Below, in pieces: positions 30,412 to 43,208 of a stretch of DNA of 64,000 bases. Positions within the stretch are counted from its first letter, which is position 1; each line of letters begins with the position of its first letter. The notes under the pieces are model-generated. The model was not told the origin of the DNA, searched no databases, and saw only the letters and a program-made list of their open reading frames with translations. Location: the NCBI GenBank assembly GCA_012295275.1, contig CM022667.1:18352001-18416000 (forward strand), given 5' to 3'. The stretch is from Chrysomallon squamiferum. Taxonomy: Eukaryota; Animalia; Mollusca. The position numbers and the translations under genes were made by a program.

Positions 30412-33400
30412 GTATTAGTAGTAGTAGATGGTTTAAATCTTTTCTGAAATGCATTTCACGGACTTTTGACCTAGTCAAATAGATTTGTTCCCAGAAAGTG
30501 TTGATATAAATATTTTTTATAAATCACTTGGACAGTTTGAGGAGATATACTTTATGTGATATATACCAAGTTAAACTGACATGATGTATGTCAATGTAAC
30601 TACAATGTATCAGCTTTCAACAAACAAGAAGAGAGCATCAGCTGGCTGGCTCTTTAATGATCTGTGAATCAGCATTTACTACCAGTCAAGATGTCCTTTT
30701 GGGTCTCCCCAACTGGCGAGCCAGCTGGTTAACGACAGGGCCAATCAAAGAGTTCTGTCAAGCATTCAAATGGCTTTCTCTGCATGGCAATTAACTACCA
30801 TTTGGGATTATAAACATGTTAAGCTGCATTTGCAACAAAGAAATATTTCAAACACAAGACCTAGCAAAAATATACACATTGTATCAAATGTCAACAGAAA
30901 GAGGCTTTTGTTTATGTATTTTTTCCTAATAAATATATTTAGTTACATTAGCATGAAAAAATAATAATAAAGATAAAAATTTAAAAAAAAAAAAAAAAGA
31001 AATAAAGAAAAATGAAATTACAAATCTGACAATTTTCCAAGCACCGTCTCTGGAATTGGTTTCTTTTCTTTTGAAGATTTTAATTTTTTTCTTCTTTATT
31101 TTTTATTTTATTTTTTTTTATTTTTTTTTATTTTTCTTTATTTAAGCCCATAAAAAAAAAAATGTATATATATATATAAAATAAAACCAACAATTTATCT
31201 TTCAACTTCTAAATATGAAAAAAAAGAAGAAATTGGAGAAACTATTATTTTACCATACTGAGTATCACAGCTGCACATGTAACAGTAATGGCATTAACTT
31301 TAATCTCTGAAGTAACAATGAAAATAAATCTGCATATTCTGATGCATCTGTTATTAGTAAGCATATATTTATTTATATGCAAATATTAACAATCTATGTC
31401 AGCAGGTATTCAAATTTATAATGAATAATAAACAAGAAAATAAATAAATTTGATACATCTTTCAATGAATTATTTAAATTGATAGTCAATACTATTATTA
31501 CAATTTATTACAGCTTAAAATTATTTGCACTGTTTGAATTATTTCCCAACAGCAAATCGTTGTAACTTTTCTAACTTTGCTGTCTATCCATACACTAGAT
31601 ATCGATAGAAATTATCCCAGCTTTAGAATTATAATTTTAACAAATTTCATGTGTCCTTTTATCATATTGCACTTGTTGTACATATTCAAGTGAATATCTA
31701 AAATTTGAACACCAATTAGACTGATAACCACTCCCCTCCAAAAACGCCACAAAAACAACAAATAAATAAGTCATAATAATAAAAAAAAAATTATACCCGA
31801 CAGCCTAAGCTGCATAGAAACAATTTATCTATAGCATCAGTTTATTATTTTGAAATTTTAAGTTGATGTGAAAAAATTCAAAAAGCATCAAAGATTAGTT
31901 ATCATGAATGGTTATCAGAAACATGAATACGGTATTCATCTGTGCAAGCTTACTACTGAAGATGTCTTGGATTTCTGCATTTTCAAATTTCTTTGACAAA
32001 TGATGTAATATAATACTTCAAATATAAAATTAAAAATAATAATAAAACAAAAATTAAAAAAATTAAGAGTTAGAAAAACAAAATTACATTTGGTAGATAC
32101 TCTTCTAACCAGTTTTCTGTTAAATATGGTTTTCTTTCAACTGGATGAAAAAATCCTTGAAAATATCTGTTTGGTTCATTAAAGATATTGTTAACACTAT
32201 CCTGTATCCTGACAGGGTAATTATACACTATAACAACAGTTTAGTATTAAACAATATAATAAGAGTTTAATATCATTCATTATAATAATAATTTAGTATT
32301 ACACCACAATAAAAGTTTAGTATTATATAAGTTCACTATTATAGAATGTAATGAGTTTAATATTATACAATGTCACTTTAATTATGATTCAATGTTGACG
32401 TCTTGCATTGACAGTTTACTCTGCCAAAGACTAATAAATATTCCTGACAGTTTTTAATTTAACTTTTATTGCTATTAATAATCTCTGACCTGAAGTAAGA
32501 TAACCTTGCAGTGAAAATTGTTCCGTCAACACTTATTGCTTTTTATTGGCTAACAAACTGGAAAGCACCTGCCCTCCCACTGTCTTTTTTTAACTGATTT
32601 GCTCAACTTTCATTAAATTACAACATATTGCCAAAGGTTATGACACCTATAAAAATATTACTTGATTCCTATTGGCTACTGAGTCAAGTTTTAACACAAT
32701 AATTTGACTTCTGACCACAGGATACTAGGTCAACTGCCAATGAATGGAGTGTTTTGGTTTAATGCTTGCCAAACTGTTTAGTAAATGGATCAAAAGCTGC
32801 CATTAAAAGAAATCAAAGACCTGATACACAAAGCAAACTCCCTTGGGTGTGTCACTGAATGATGTAATGTTTATATAAACTTGACCTGGTCATGTTTCTA
32901 TTTTTGGTAATAAAGACTCAATTTTCAGATTATGTCTCTACAAAAGCTAATTTTAATAATGTATATTTATAGCAGAAAAACATTTACTAAATTTTAATTA
33001 AACTATCGGATGGTTAACATTATTATTATTTTTTTTAATCCAAGCACATATTACTTCTACATTAAGATGAAAAATGCTAATTGTAATTCTGAGGAAAATA
33101 ATGAAATAATAATAATAATAATAATAATTATAAAAAACTTTAAAACATGGAAAAAAGACCAATTTCAATTATCTATTATGAAACAGAACATAATTATAAT
33201 AGAAGGTAAAAGGAAATAAAACTTTCATTTATTTTTAAAAAATTAAGAAAAAACAATTTTAAACAATAGTGAAAAAAGATTAATTTCTTATCTGCCAAAA
33301 GAATATATTATTCTAATAAGACACAATAAAATATATAATAATTTACTAATTTCTTTTGTTGTAATTTAACTTTTTAAACAGTAAATCAAAAACATTTAAT

Positions 33401-33966
33401 TTACCTACAAATTATGCCTGTTGTTTTTACTTGTAAAAGTAATAATAATGACTTAACATTATTGGAAAAAATAAATCTCAATCTTTTTCTTTCTTTTTTT
33501 CAAATTAACATATCCGTTTTAACTTTTTTCTTTTTCAGATACGGTTAATGAATATGTTCAACAGTTTAAAAAGACAAAATGTAATCTTATTTACAAACAC
33601 AATATCAGATAAATCCGTTTTATTACTGCTTTTGTTATTTATAATCATCATGTGAAAATAAAAACAATTCGATTTCTGGGTTGTTTTTTCTACATACATT
33701 TTATTATTATCAATCCAATTAATTTCATATATTAAATAATATAACATTATGATAATTATTATTATTTATCCAATTAATAATTCTAATACAATTATAAATA
33801 ATAAAGTTTTGTTATTGTATTTAAATTATGAAATCAAAAAAGAAAAAGAAAAAGAAACCTACCTAATTTCTAAAATACTATTTAGCCAACAAAGCCACAG
33901 GACCAAAGACAGGTGTTAGCGGAAAAGTTGTAATTATCTTTTACATCATAAACCAAGCAGGTGCCC

Positions 33967-33990
33967 TGAGTCATGTGGGGTCAAAGTTCA
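33967..33990 (+). promoter_or_regulatory. Enhancer-like composite: AP-1 site TGAGTCA next to a DR1 nuclear-receptor element GGGTCAAAGTTCA
   Basis: Exact consensus matches 4 bp apart in a higher-GC intronic island; function untested. Confidence 0.4.
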
Positions 33991-34110
33991 GACACCTGGC
34001 ATCAAATAACAGTATAAACCAAACAAAGAGGCAGCCATCTTACTTTCTGTAATTGCCAGGTTTCAGTAGTTTTTTGTTTTGTTGTTGCTATGATTAATGA
34101 GAATCAATAC

Positions 34111-34141
<31 letters not shown>

Positions 34142-36175
34142 GCACTCTTGTTCTGTTCTGTTCTCCAAGTTTAAAGCAAAAATCAATACAAGAACAAGGA
34201 TGCATCCATTTCTGTCACAAATAATTAAAGCACAATAGCTTTTCCTTCAGATAAAAGCCTGATATTAAATATTAACATGCTAACACATCCTACAATTAAT
34301 ATTTCACAGTGCATAATTATCTGCATAATAATCAAGATATCATTTTGCAGATGGATTAAGTAAAATGATAATATTTAAAAGTATTATCTTTCAACATAAT
34401 ACAAGTACTAATACTAATAATATCATATTTCTCTAATTATTTTAAAATTTTATTTCCTAATGTTGGTTCATGTTAAGGGTAACATTTTGGAGTAAGTTCA
34501 TAATAATATAACTTTAAATTATTCATATTTATTCTATTTTAATATATAATGTAAACACGATTTTAAAGTAAAATTGTCTCTGTAAAATAAAAAATAAAAA
34601 ATAATGATTAGAATATTTATTTCCTTTAAATTATTTTAGTTCAGAGAAATATTTCAACAGAAGGAACCAGATAAAGAAGTAAAACTAGAAGCCTTCTAGA
34701 AACATGGTCAGTCCAACAATTTATTACAGCAGACAACAATTCTTACAACAGTCCATAAAAAGATAAAAATTCTGCTTACTTCAAAAGTGAATAATATAAT
34801 TATCAGCAAAGTTGTTTAGATTTTGAAAATATTAAATTTTACTGGTGAAAGTGTACAATTCTAAAATTCTTTGCAGACTCAGCCTAAAAAGAAATTTTTC
34901 ACATTTTAAATAATATTTGGTTTCAGTGCCTTGTTCCAAACATGTCTGTGAATATGCCCCTTCTTTCTGAATGTAGACTATAAGCCTATCTAGGGGCCAA
35001 GTTTACTAATGAATCTTTACAAAAAAAAATGTATATATATATATATATATATTTTGACAAAACAGTCTTTATTAACAGAAAAAATATTACATTAAGTAAT
35101 GTATGATCTGTTTCTGGATACATTTTCATTAGCAGAATGAAGTTTTGATAGCTGAACAAAAACTTCATGTTCCAGAAGAAGGGTATTCTTTCTCTTAAAA
35201 AGCCTAATCGCAAAATAACTGTAGAGAATTTTTCAGTCATTTCTGCTGTCAGTCATCAGTCTGCTTGATCAGTCAGTGAATGATTCTCAGTCATCTGTAT
35301 ACTTAGATTCCCTCATGAATTCCTTTTTGATAATGATTACTGTGGCATAGTGAATTTTTTAGACTGTGAGGTGTCATGATGTTGTTTTATGTGAAAGTTT
35401 TCTGGAAACTCTTCTTAAATTGAAGAATAGCTTTTTTCACCATCTTTCCATTGTCCTTTTTTAACATTAATTATTTATTTTTCTTTCTTCCTATTTTTTT
35501 AATGATTATTACAAAGTCCTCATATCCAGGCAGGTGACAGACAATAATGTCATAGAATTAGTTGTTTCCAGTATTAACAGAATGGTGTTGATCTCTATTT
35601 TACTAATGTTTGATCAAGTCTAGCTTCTTTAGATTTTATTGAACTTAAGAAACTGCACCACTGGAAACTGAAATCCATAAGATCCAATAGGCATAATAAT
35701 CTGATATTTTCTATGCTATTGTCTTTGGACACATTCTGAAAAATGATAAAAATGAAAAGTTATGCAACAATATTATTTAGTGTTTTTCATGTATACTGTA
35801 TTCGTTACTTAATGGATATATTTGCTGATGTTAACACCCCACCAAAATCAACATAACATCAATTATCAGTCTATCCCATTTCTTAATTTAACTTAGAAAT
35901 ATACAAGAAAATATGAAACTTACAGGCAGAAAAATATCCATTTAAAACACTTTGTTTTCAATTAGTGTATTATTTGGTTATTATGATCAAAAAAACAAAC
36001 TAACCTTTCACATTGGCCCAACATTGCTGTTAATGTTAACAAATTATTTCCTAGTTTAATTTTTGACTCCATGCTGAAATCCACAGAATAGTAATTCAAA
36101 ATGGCTTGAGCTGCACATCAGTTCCAAAATAAATGTTGAGAACAAACAATGACATTGTAACATAAACTACAAATA

Positions 36176-36567
36176 CAGTGGTACCTTGACTTATGAGTGC
36201 ACCAACTTATGAGTTTTCCCAGTTACGAGCAGTTGTCCAGTCAGTTTTTCACTTTGAGTTGCGAGGCAAAATCATAGTTACAAGCAAGCTTCAAATATGC
36301 CACCGCTAGTTGATACTATGAACCACACAACATCCACCCAGCATCTCATGAACTAATGGAGAAAACCTAACAATGTATCCTTTACAAAACCAATTTATTT
36401 CTTTACATTCTCTTTTATTTCGACTTTATACAATATTTGTCAATTATAAATATATTTTACTTATTTTAAAAAATGTTACAAAATATTGGGGTGTATTGAG
36501 ATTAATGATATTTCAATTAATTTCAGTTGGGAAAACTGATTTGATATAAGAGCAAATTGAGATACTG
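36176..36567. mobile_element. Decayed Tc1/mariner-superfamily (pogo/Tigger-like) non-autonomous element
   Basis: Starts TA|CAGTGGTACCTTGACTTATGAG, a Tigger-like TIR after a TA target, with repeated TTA(C/T)GAG subterminal motifs; the right TIR is largely missing. Confidence 0.65.
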
Positions 36568-37070
36568 TTTTCTTTACAAAATTTTCTTTTTAGACTGCAT
36601 GTTTGTATAGAAAATGTAATACAAATAATCATAACAGGAAAAATGTTAACATATACGGTTGTTAATAATCCTCATCAAATTGTAAATATTGTAGTTGTAC
36701 TAAAATTTAAAAAGTCAAAACACTTATAACTCATGTTTCAAAACCTATATCAGCTCTGCATATTAAAAAACATATATGTTATAGCAAAGTGTGGAATGCC
36801 TGAATGTTTATGAAAAGTCTAAAATATCCATGCACTCTACTGAACCTGTAAAATATGTTAGAATGAACAGATTAAGCAAGTGTGAAATTAAACATATAAT
36901 GTTTTGAAATTTTATTACTTTAATATAAAATTGTACTGTTATTAGAAGGATATCTTTGTGGAGAGTTTTCTTTAAAATAATGACATAATATAATTACATA
37001 AAATTGCATCTTATCATTAATTACCTCAAACAACAATTTCTCTCAATGAATAAGTTATCTTTTATTTCAG

Positions 37071-37140
37071 CTATTACCGTGAAAACTCAGGCAATATGTG
37101 AATGGGAAATTTATAAATCGCTAGATTTTACACGTTAGCT
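37071..37140 (+). other. Candidate non-coding plus-strand exon upstream of the zinc-finger gene
   Basis: Acceptor tcttttatttcag and donor GCT|GTAAGT; all three frames are closed. Another acceptor (tttatttcag) is at 37669. Confidence 0.35.
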
Positions 37141-38000
37141 GTAAGTGTAACATTTATAGTCTTTTATATATATAAAACATAAAACAGTATTTGTAGGAGT
37201 GAAATTATGGTCAGACTGAGTCATTTTTAAACTTCTATTCAGTATCTGAGGCAGTTTTATCAAGAATTAAAATATTTTAACAAAATCTGACTATTCAAAT
37301 AACCCCCACTAATAAAAAAAAAGCACCAAATTGACCAATGAATTATTAATTACATATATACCTTTGTATAGTTAATATTTTATAAAAACAATCATGCAAT
37401 ACACAGATATTTTTATTAATATAAACATGTATTATTAGTTATCTTCAAAATAAAATTATTTATTTTTTAATTTTCAGTCTCTTCACAACATGAAACTTTA
37501 GAATTATTTTTGACTTCAGTTTCAATTCACAGGACATATTTTATAAAAATGATTTTAGACATATCTAATCATTAACTTTTCATAGGGCTTTAAACATAAT
37601 TAATATTCAGTAAACAAAATTGTGGTGTTCATGTAGAGTCGTATTATTTTTCAGCTTCATTTATTTCAGTGGCCGTTAAAATACAATTCATCATGACACC
37701 ATGTAAAAATGCGAGAGAAACAGAATTTATATTATATGTATCCTTCATAATCAAGGTGGGGCACTGTCATTTTTTTAATTATAATTTAATTAAAAGGAAG
37801 GGTTCGAACAGCCAGCACCCTGCTTTATTATTACTTTCAGGGATACAGCCATCTATTCAGCAATGCCTTTTTGAAAACTGCAGATTTACCCATTTCAATA
37901 TTTGCTTTTTACTTACGTTATAAACACATTATAACACGTTTATACCGGAATACAAATCAATGTTTGTATTACTAGTCAAGTTTTACTGTTAGTTACTTAC

Positions 38001-38195
38001 TGTAGCCTGTCGACTATTTAATGGTAACACCACAAATGGTGTAGCCGCTGTTGCCTGTGTTACTCATCTCACTGTGTGAAGTCTTGTAGGGATCGACATT
38101 TTAAACGATAAATTATTTGTTAAATAATAAATATAAATGTATTGTATTTTTAATATTTATTTTACAGCCAATGTAAGATTAAAATACGGACTGAC
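38001..38195 (-). other. Candidate most-upstream (5'UTR) first exon of the minus-strand gene
   Basis: Donor ACA|GTAAGT at 38000; Inr-like TCAGTC near 38190; lies in the CpG-rich region. A second donor, AAG|GTAATG, is at 38281. Confidence 0.5.
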
Positions 38196-38690
38196 TTCAC
38201 CATACATAATGATTAAAAAAAAAGAAGAAAAAAAGAAGTTAAAACTACTCTACAATATAGAGATAATGCCACGACCATTACCTTATTCACATTTAGCCGA
38301 CTTTAATTTATACATTTAAAAGTATTGAAACATGCTGAAACCCGGAAGTGGCTAGCGTCTCAGACTACTTCCGGTATGGGAAATTCTTATTCACGTTTCT
38401 AAAATTAATTTTATGTTCTTATATATAGAAACTTAGTACAGATGGATAAATATTCCTTTGATATTGTTTATGCGATATCATAAAAATCATTCCTTAAAAA
38501 GGGCTGATATTATATTTTAAATACAGCCATAGTTGTGCACGTTTCGAAGTTCAATGTCATGGCTGTTTTGCACACAACTCAAAAATCGTGCGTGACCCGA
38601 TCATTACGTTACAGTGCAGACTAGTTATTTGCAAGTCGTATACTCTATCCATATGATAATATTTTCTTTAAAAAAAAGAAGTCGACAGCT

Positions 38691-38721
38691 ATGCCGCCCA
38701 GTCAGACAAATGTCTATTCAG
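38691..38721 (+). CDS. BCL11-like zinc-finger gene, coding exon 1 (MPPSQTNVYS)
   Basis: ATG at 38691 in the CpG-rich promoter region; ends at TCAG|GTAAAT in phase 1, which joins exon 2 in frame (G+AT=Asp). Confidence 0.7.
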
Positions 38722-39457
38722 GTAAATGATATTCAGTCAATTTGTTTTTCCATAATCCATAATCCTGTGAATGCACCGTTAGACAATAACAGATTACTGA
38801 ATTAAGTCATCATTTCATTCATCAAATCGTAGTTTGAATGAGAAAATGGACATCTTAATTCTGTAGTTAATACTCTGTGTTTATAAATCCATAATATCTC
38901 AGTCAAAAGTCTTCTGCTGGATACTGTTTTTGCTTCAATTCTACAATTTCAATTCACAATATAATTATCAAATACATGTATATCACTATATGTAATATGG
39001 AGCTTGTAGTTATGGGTATGGAGTGTATCAAAAATTATTTATTAAGAAATTATTCATGAACGTCATTTTATATATATATATATATAAAGTAAATTTTTAA
39101 TTACAACATTAGACATGTTTCAAAGGACTTAGATTTCATGATTATTGGGTGATAATGCAGATTATATACTACTCTGAGTCACGTAATATATACTTTTAGA
39201 GTTCATATATGATATCTATTATCTGTTGGAAATGTGCCATTAAATGATGCAATATCCTCTGTTAAAGAATAATAATACCGATATATAGTTTATTGTAGAA
39301 TTAACCACAAGATATTTTACTATTGATACAATTCAAAACAGTACATAATTTAAATTTAAAAATAAATAATAAAGTTTATTAAATATATTAAAAATATTGT
39401 AAAGATAATAGCTTTGTGGATTTAGGATGGAAAGAAATTTATTTATCTATTTTACAG

Positions 39458-39592
39458 ATTGCTTTGTTGACTATTTGACATGTGGGGGTTGTGCTCTGGA
39501 ATTCCCACTCCAGAACATTACCAACTTTATACAGCACAAAAAAGTGGGATGTCTTGACCCACCTGATGTGGAACCAGCACCAATCTCAGATG
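39458..39592 (+). CDS. BCL11-like zinc-finger gene, exon 2 (CCHC finger DYLTCGGCALEFPLQNITNFIQHKKVGC)
   Basis: Acceptor ttttacag, donor G|GTAAGA, 135 nt, phase 1-1. The peptide matches the recalled N-terminal CCHC finger of BCL11A ([28 protein letters not shown]). Confidence 0.92.
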
Positions 39593-41013
39593 GTAAGATC
39601 AGTGATAAATAAAACTGTTCTAAATCCAAATTATCACCTATACACAGTCTGTTAAAACAGCTAAGAACCATAAACATACACTAGGTACCAGCAGCCTAGC
39701 CAGTATAATTGGTCGAAGCTGTTAAAAGTTCAGATTTTATCTATTTTCCTCCACTCCCAAATCCCTTCTATAAATCCTACCATAAAAAACAAATACATGG
39801 AACTAAAGATCGTTATATGCTCTTTTAAATGGTGTTGTTGTTCTTGTTGTTTGTTAAATCAGTTCAGTTGCCCGTGGTCGGCAATTAGGTCAGCGTGGAG
39901 TAAAAAGTCCTAAAATAGGGTCACAAGACAAAATGGCTTCAGTGTTATTTTTAGCACTGCTAGGAGGGTCAAAGTTCAATCTTTCTAACTTTCAAATCAA
40001 CATAGATTTTATGTGCAACTGAAAGGAACTGGCACTATTTGAAATGATTATATTTCGATTTATTTATATTTTTAATAACTTTTAGTTATGGGTAGGATGC
40101 ATGTTTTATTATATGTTATGACTTTTACTGAATATAATATGAATACATTCTGAAATAAACGAATTAACATTGTTTTGCCAATTACTATATTCCGTTTAAA
40201 ACAGTTGATTATTTTGCTTTCAAAATTCTTGCAATAAATGGCGAATTAAAAATCATTAAGAATTGTAAACATAACAAACTATACTACATAAAAGAACAAT
40301 TTGTTCAGAGGTATTGATGGAATGCTGAATAAAAATCTAATCACTTTATAAAATAAAAAATCATAAATTGATCAGTTTTAAAACATTATTTTTGATTGTT
40401 GATAAGCTAATGTCTTTGCATATTATGTGAAATTAAAGTCAGAATTAGTTTGCCTGCTGGCACCTACATACAGTCATATAACTGAAAAGGTGAAAAAATA
40501 AAAAAATAAACATTTTGTTCATGTAACTCTAGAACATACGAGTGGCCCTTTTAAGTGTAAACTATTGTTGTTTGTCAGGCCAGAGGAAGAAGTTTTGTGT
40601 GTTACAATAATTGCTATAATAAACAAGTTACAAAGGTTATTTTTTGTTTCAAATGAATTTTAGTATTGGACCACAAATGGCCGTCCATACATTTATAAAC
40701 TCTTTAGTCATATGTTCTTTGAAACTGTATAAAACATCAGGGTGTTAAAACAAATTTATTTGAACCAAGTACAGTTGTAACCTAAGACTTGATAGACATT
40801 CAATAGTTATGATAGTGTTTAAATGAAGTGTGATCAATGTGTCTCTGTCTTATTATATACCTTCATAAATTTGGTAGAAGAATTATGTAGAAATCATTGC
40901 CTAGATGGAAATGTAATCTAATAGATAGCTTTTGATAAAACAGAAATAATAAATGTGTGTATGTATGTATGTATTATTGTATATATATATATATATTTTT
41001 ATTTTAATTAAAG

Positions 41014-41436
41014 GTCCTGATGAAAATGCTCTTTTATGTTACACCTGTTCCCGGGATTTCATGACAGCAAGAGGTTTGCTGCAACATATTCAGTTGTCCC
41101 ACAATCTTAAAGTATTCCTCCAGCCTGGAGAGGAACAATTACAAGTTTCACAAAGAGAAAAAAAGCAGGCAAAGAAAATGCCAGTTAACCTGAAGACAGG
41201 ATCTGTTGTACCATCAGTGAAGCAAGCTTCAGTATCTGAAGATTCTTTAGCAGCAGAGAAAAAAAAAAGTTCTAATGATGATGACATTGCTCAGAATCAT
41301 GCTGTTGAAATCATGAGTGGCAGACATCAATCTGATAAACAGTGTCAGAACAATGATTATGAACAAGAGATGACTTCTAACAGTAGAACTACTATTTGCT
41401 GTAACAGTCAGGAGTGTTGTGTTACCATTATTCCAG
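41014..41436 (+). CDS. BCL11-like zinc-finger gene, exon 3 (C2H2 finger CYTCSRDFMTARGLLQHIQLSH plus linker)
   Basis: Acceptor ttaaag, donor CAG|GTTTGT, 423 nt, phase 1-1. The finger resembles BCL11 ZF1 ([28 protein letters not shown]). Confidence 0.9.
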
Positions 41437-41612
41437 GTTTGTGTTTTTTATTTAATATTCCATTTAAAAAATACTGTATTACCTTTGATGAAAGTTGTTG
41501 GCATTATTTGTTGTATTTATATTTTTAAAATTTATTAATCTTGCCATTAAACAAATACTAGGGAAGCAGTTTAATTTATCCAGAAAGATAATTATTAACC
41601 TAATTTACATAG

Positions 41613-42437
41613 GTACTCATGAGCGACCAAAAAAGTGCTGTAGTGCTGTCATACCAAAGAAGAGAAAGCAGCATATGGCAGAGCACATGGGTAATAGTGG
41701 GGACCAGGAGTCATCAGGTCATGAGATGTCTGACAGAGAGTCTGACCAGAATGATGACAATGAAACTCAAGAAGACTCTAACAGCAATTCCATTTTTATT
41801 GACTTTCATCCACAATTCAGAAGCTTCAACCAGAATTCTTCCAACAGAAACACTACACAGAACACAGACAGAAATGACAGTCATAAAAATAGTGATCTGC
41901 CTATTGCAACCAAAACAGAAAGCTTTGAGATGTCAGGTACACAGGAAATGGTGGAGCCAAGTACAACAGTGATACATGCAGGAAAATCATATAATATTCC
42001 AGTCAGCTATACATATTCTCTTACTGATTTCAGAATAATAAATAATAAATCAGTTAAAATATTTCCATCAATGTCAGATAAACAACAGCAGCCAAACTGT
42101 ATAGGCCCCCAGACTAGCAGCATCGAGTCCCAGATGAATTTTGAAGTTCCAGTGACAAGTCTTCAAAACAAATCAGTTGAATTGGAATGTCAGACTCTTC
42201 CAACAGTATCATTACTGGGGACAGGGATTGCAACAGAAACCACATCTTTGTATGAAGCCTCTCGTGAGACAGAATTAGACGACAGTGACAAAGATTATGA
42301 AATGGAGATAGATGAAACACTGCAGGACAGAGGACGCAAACGCCGATATCCCACATCACGTCCTTTTAAGTGCAGCCAGTGTGACAGAGCATTTAACCAG
42401 AGGATTCATCTTAGAAAACACATGAGTAAACACACAG
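41613..42437 (+). CDS. BCL11-like zinc-finger gene, exon 4 (acidic/Ser-rich disordered region and C2H2 finger FKCSQCDRAFNQRIHLRKHMSKH)
   Basis: Acceptor tacatag, donor CAG|GTAAAA within the TG-x-KP linker, 825 nt open, phase 1-1. Confidence 0.93.
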
Positions 42438-42615
42438 GTAAAAATTTATCACCTTAAATAATGATCTGTGCAACAAATCCAAAATAATTTTTCTTAATAA
42501 GTTTAGTTCATGTTTATTTCTTCCTTTTTTAACAAATTCAATTAACTTTTATCAATTCTGAAAAAAAATTACATTTGCTATAGATAATGAAAAGATTTCA
42601 CAATATTTTTTTCAG

Positions 42616-42699
42616 GAGTGAAACCTTTTAAGTGTGCACAATGCAGCTATGCAACGGTAGAGAGAAGTCATCTGAAAGTGCACATCAGAATTCATACAG
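42616..42699 (+). CDS. BCL11-like zinc-finger gene, exon 5 (single finger [27 protein letters not shown])
   Basis: Acceptor ttttttcag, donor CAG|GTGATT; exactly 84 nt, one C2H2 unit. Confidence 0.95.
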
Positions 42700-43208
42700 G
42701 TGATTGTTAACATTAGGTGTTTAAAAAATAAATATGGTATCTTGATGGTATGGTTCATCTTATGAATCCAGAATATTTGAGCAATTTGTTTTCTATGTGC
42801 ATGACTTAGAAGAGAAGAGGTAAAGTGATTTTGCTTTGGGATTTTGTCCTCTGACTTTATTAAACCTGTTTTATGAAAGAAATGGGGGTTTTTTTTATAT
42901 TTTGCACGCACACACAGAGTATAATTTTGACACATGAAAAATCATTTGATTGTAGAATTGGAAGTACGTAAATTATGGAAATAGTTTCTTGCTATTAGCA
43001 TAAATAGATAGGTGGAATATTATGTATAGAAATACTAACATCTGATGTAACATCAAAAACATCTGTTTCTTTAGCACCTGAGTTAAAAATCCTGACATGG
43101 TTAATCATATGTAAAATATGATGAACTCGGTGTTTAAACAAAATGTAAACAAGTGTGATTTTGTCCACAATTAATCACCTTTCATTAAATCAGCCTTAAA
43201 TTTTTCAG

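Larger units (their letters stand above)
37640..38830. promoter_or_regulatory. CpG-retaining bidirectional promoter with an opposed pair of ETS sites
   Basis: CpG is visibly more frequent than elsewhere in the window; CCGGAAGT (38342-38349) and ACTTCCGG (38367-38374) lie between the divergent first exons. Confidence 0.75.

Noticed and set aside
808-35240. Short hydrophobic or low-complexity ORFs in the track
   Set aside because: They are AT-rich or microsatellite translations (runs of I, F, L, HT, CV) without splice support or recognisable homology.
39860-40780. Transposon insertion in zinc-finger intron 2
   Set aside because: It has some CpG and a repeat-like look, but I could not find matching terminal inverted repeats or a target-site duplication.
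42700-43208. Zinc-finger intron 5 as U12-type (CCTTAAA near the acceptor)
   Set aside because: The donor is GTGATT, not RTATCCTT, and a pyrimidine tract is present.
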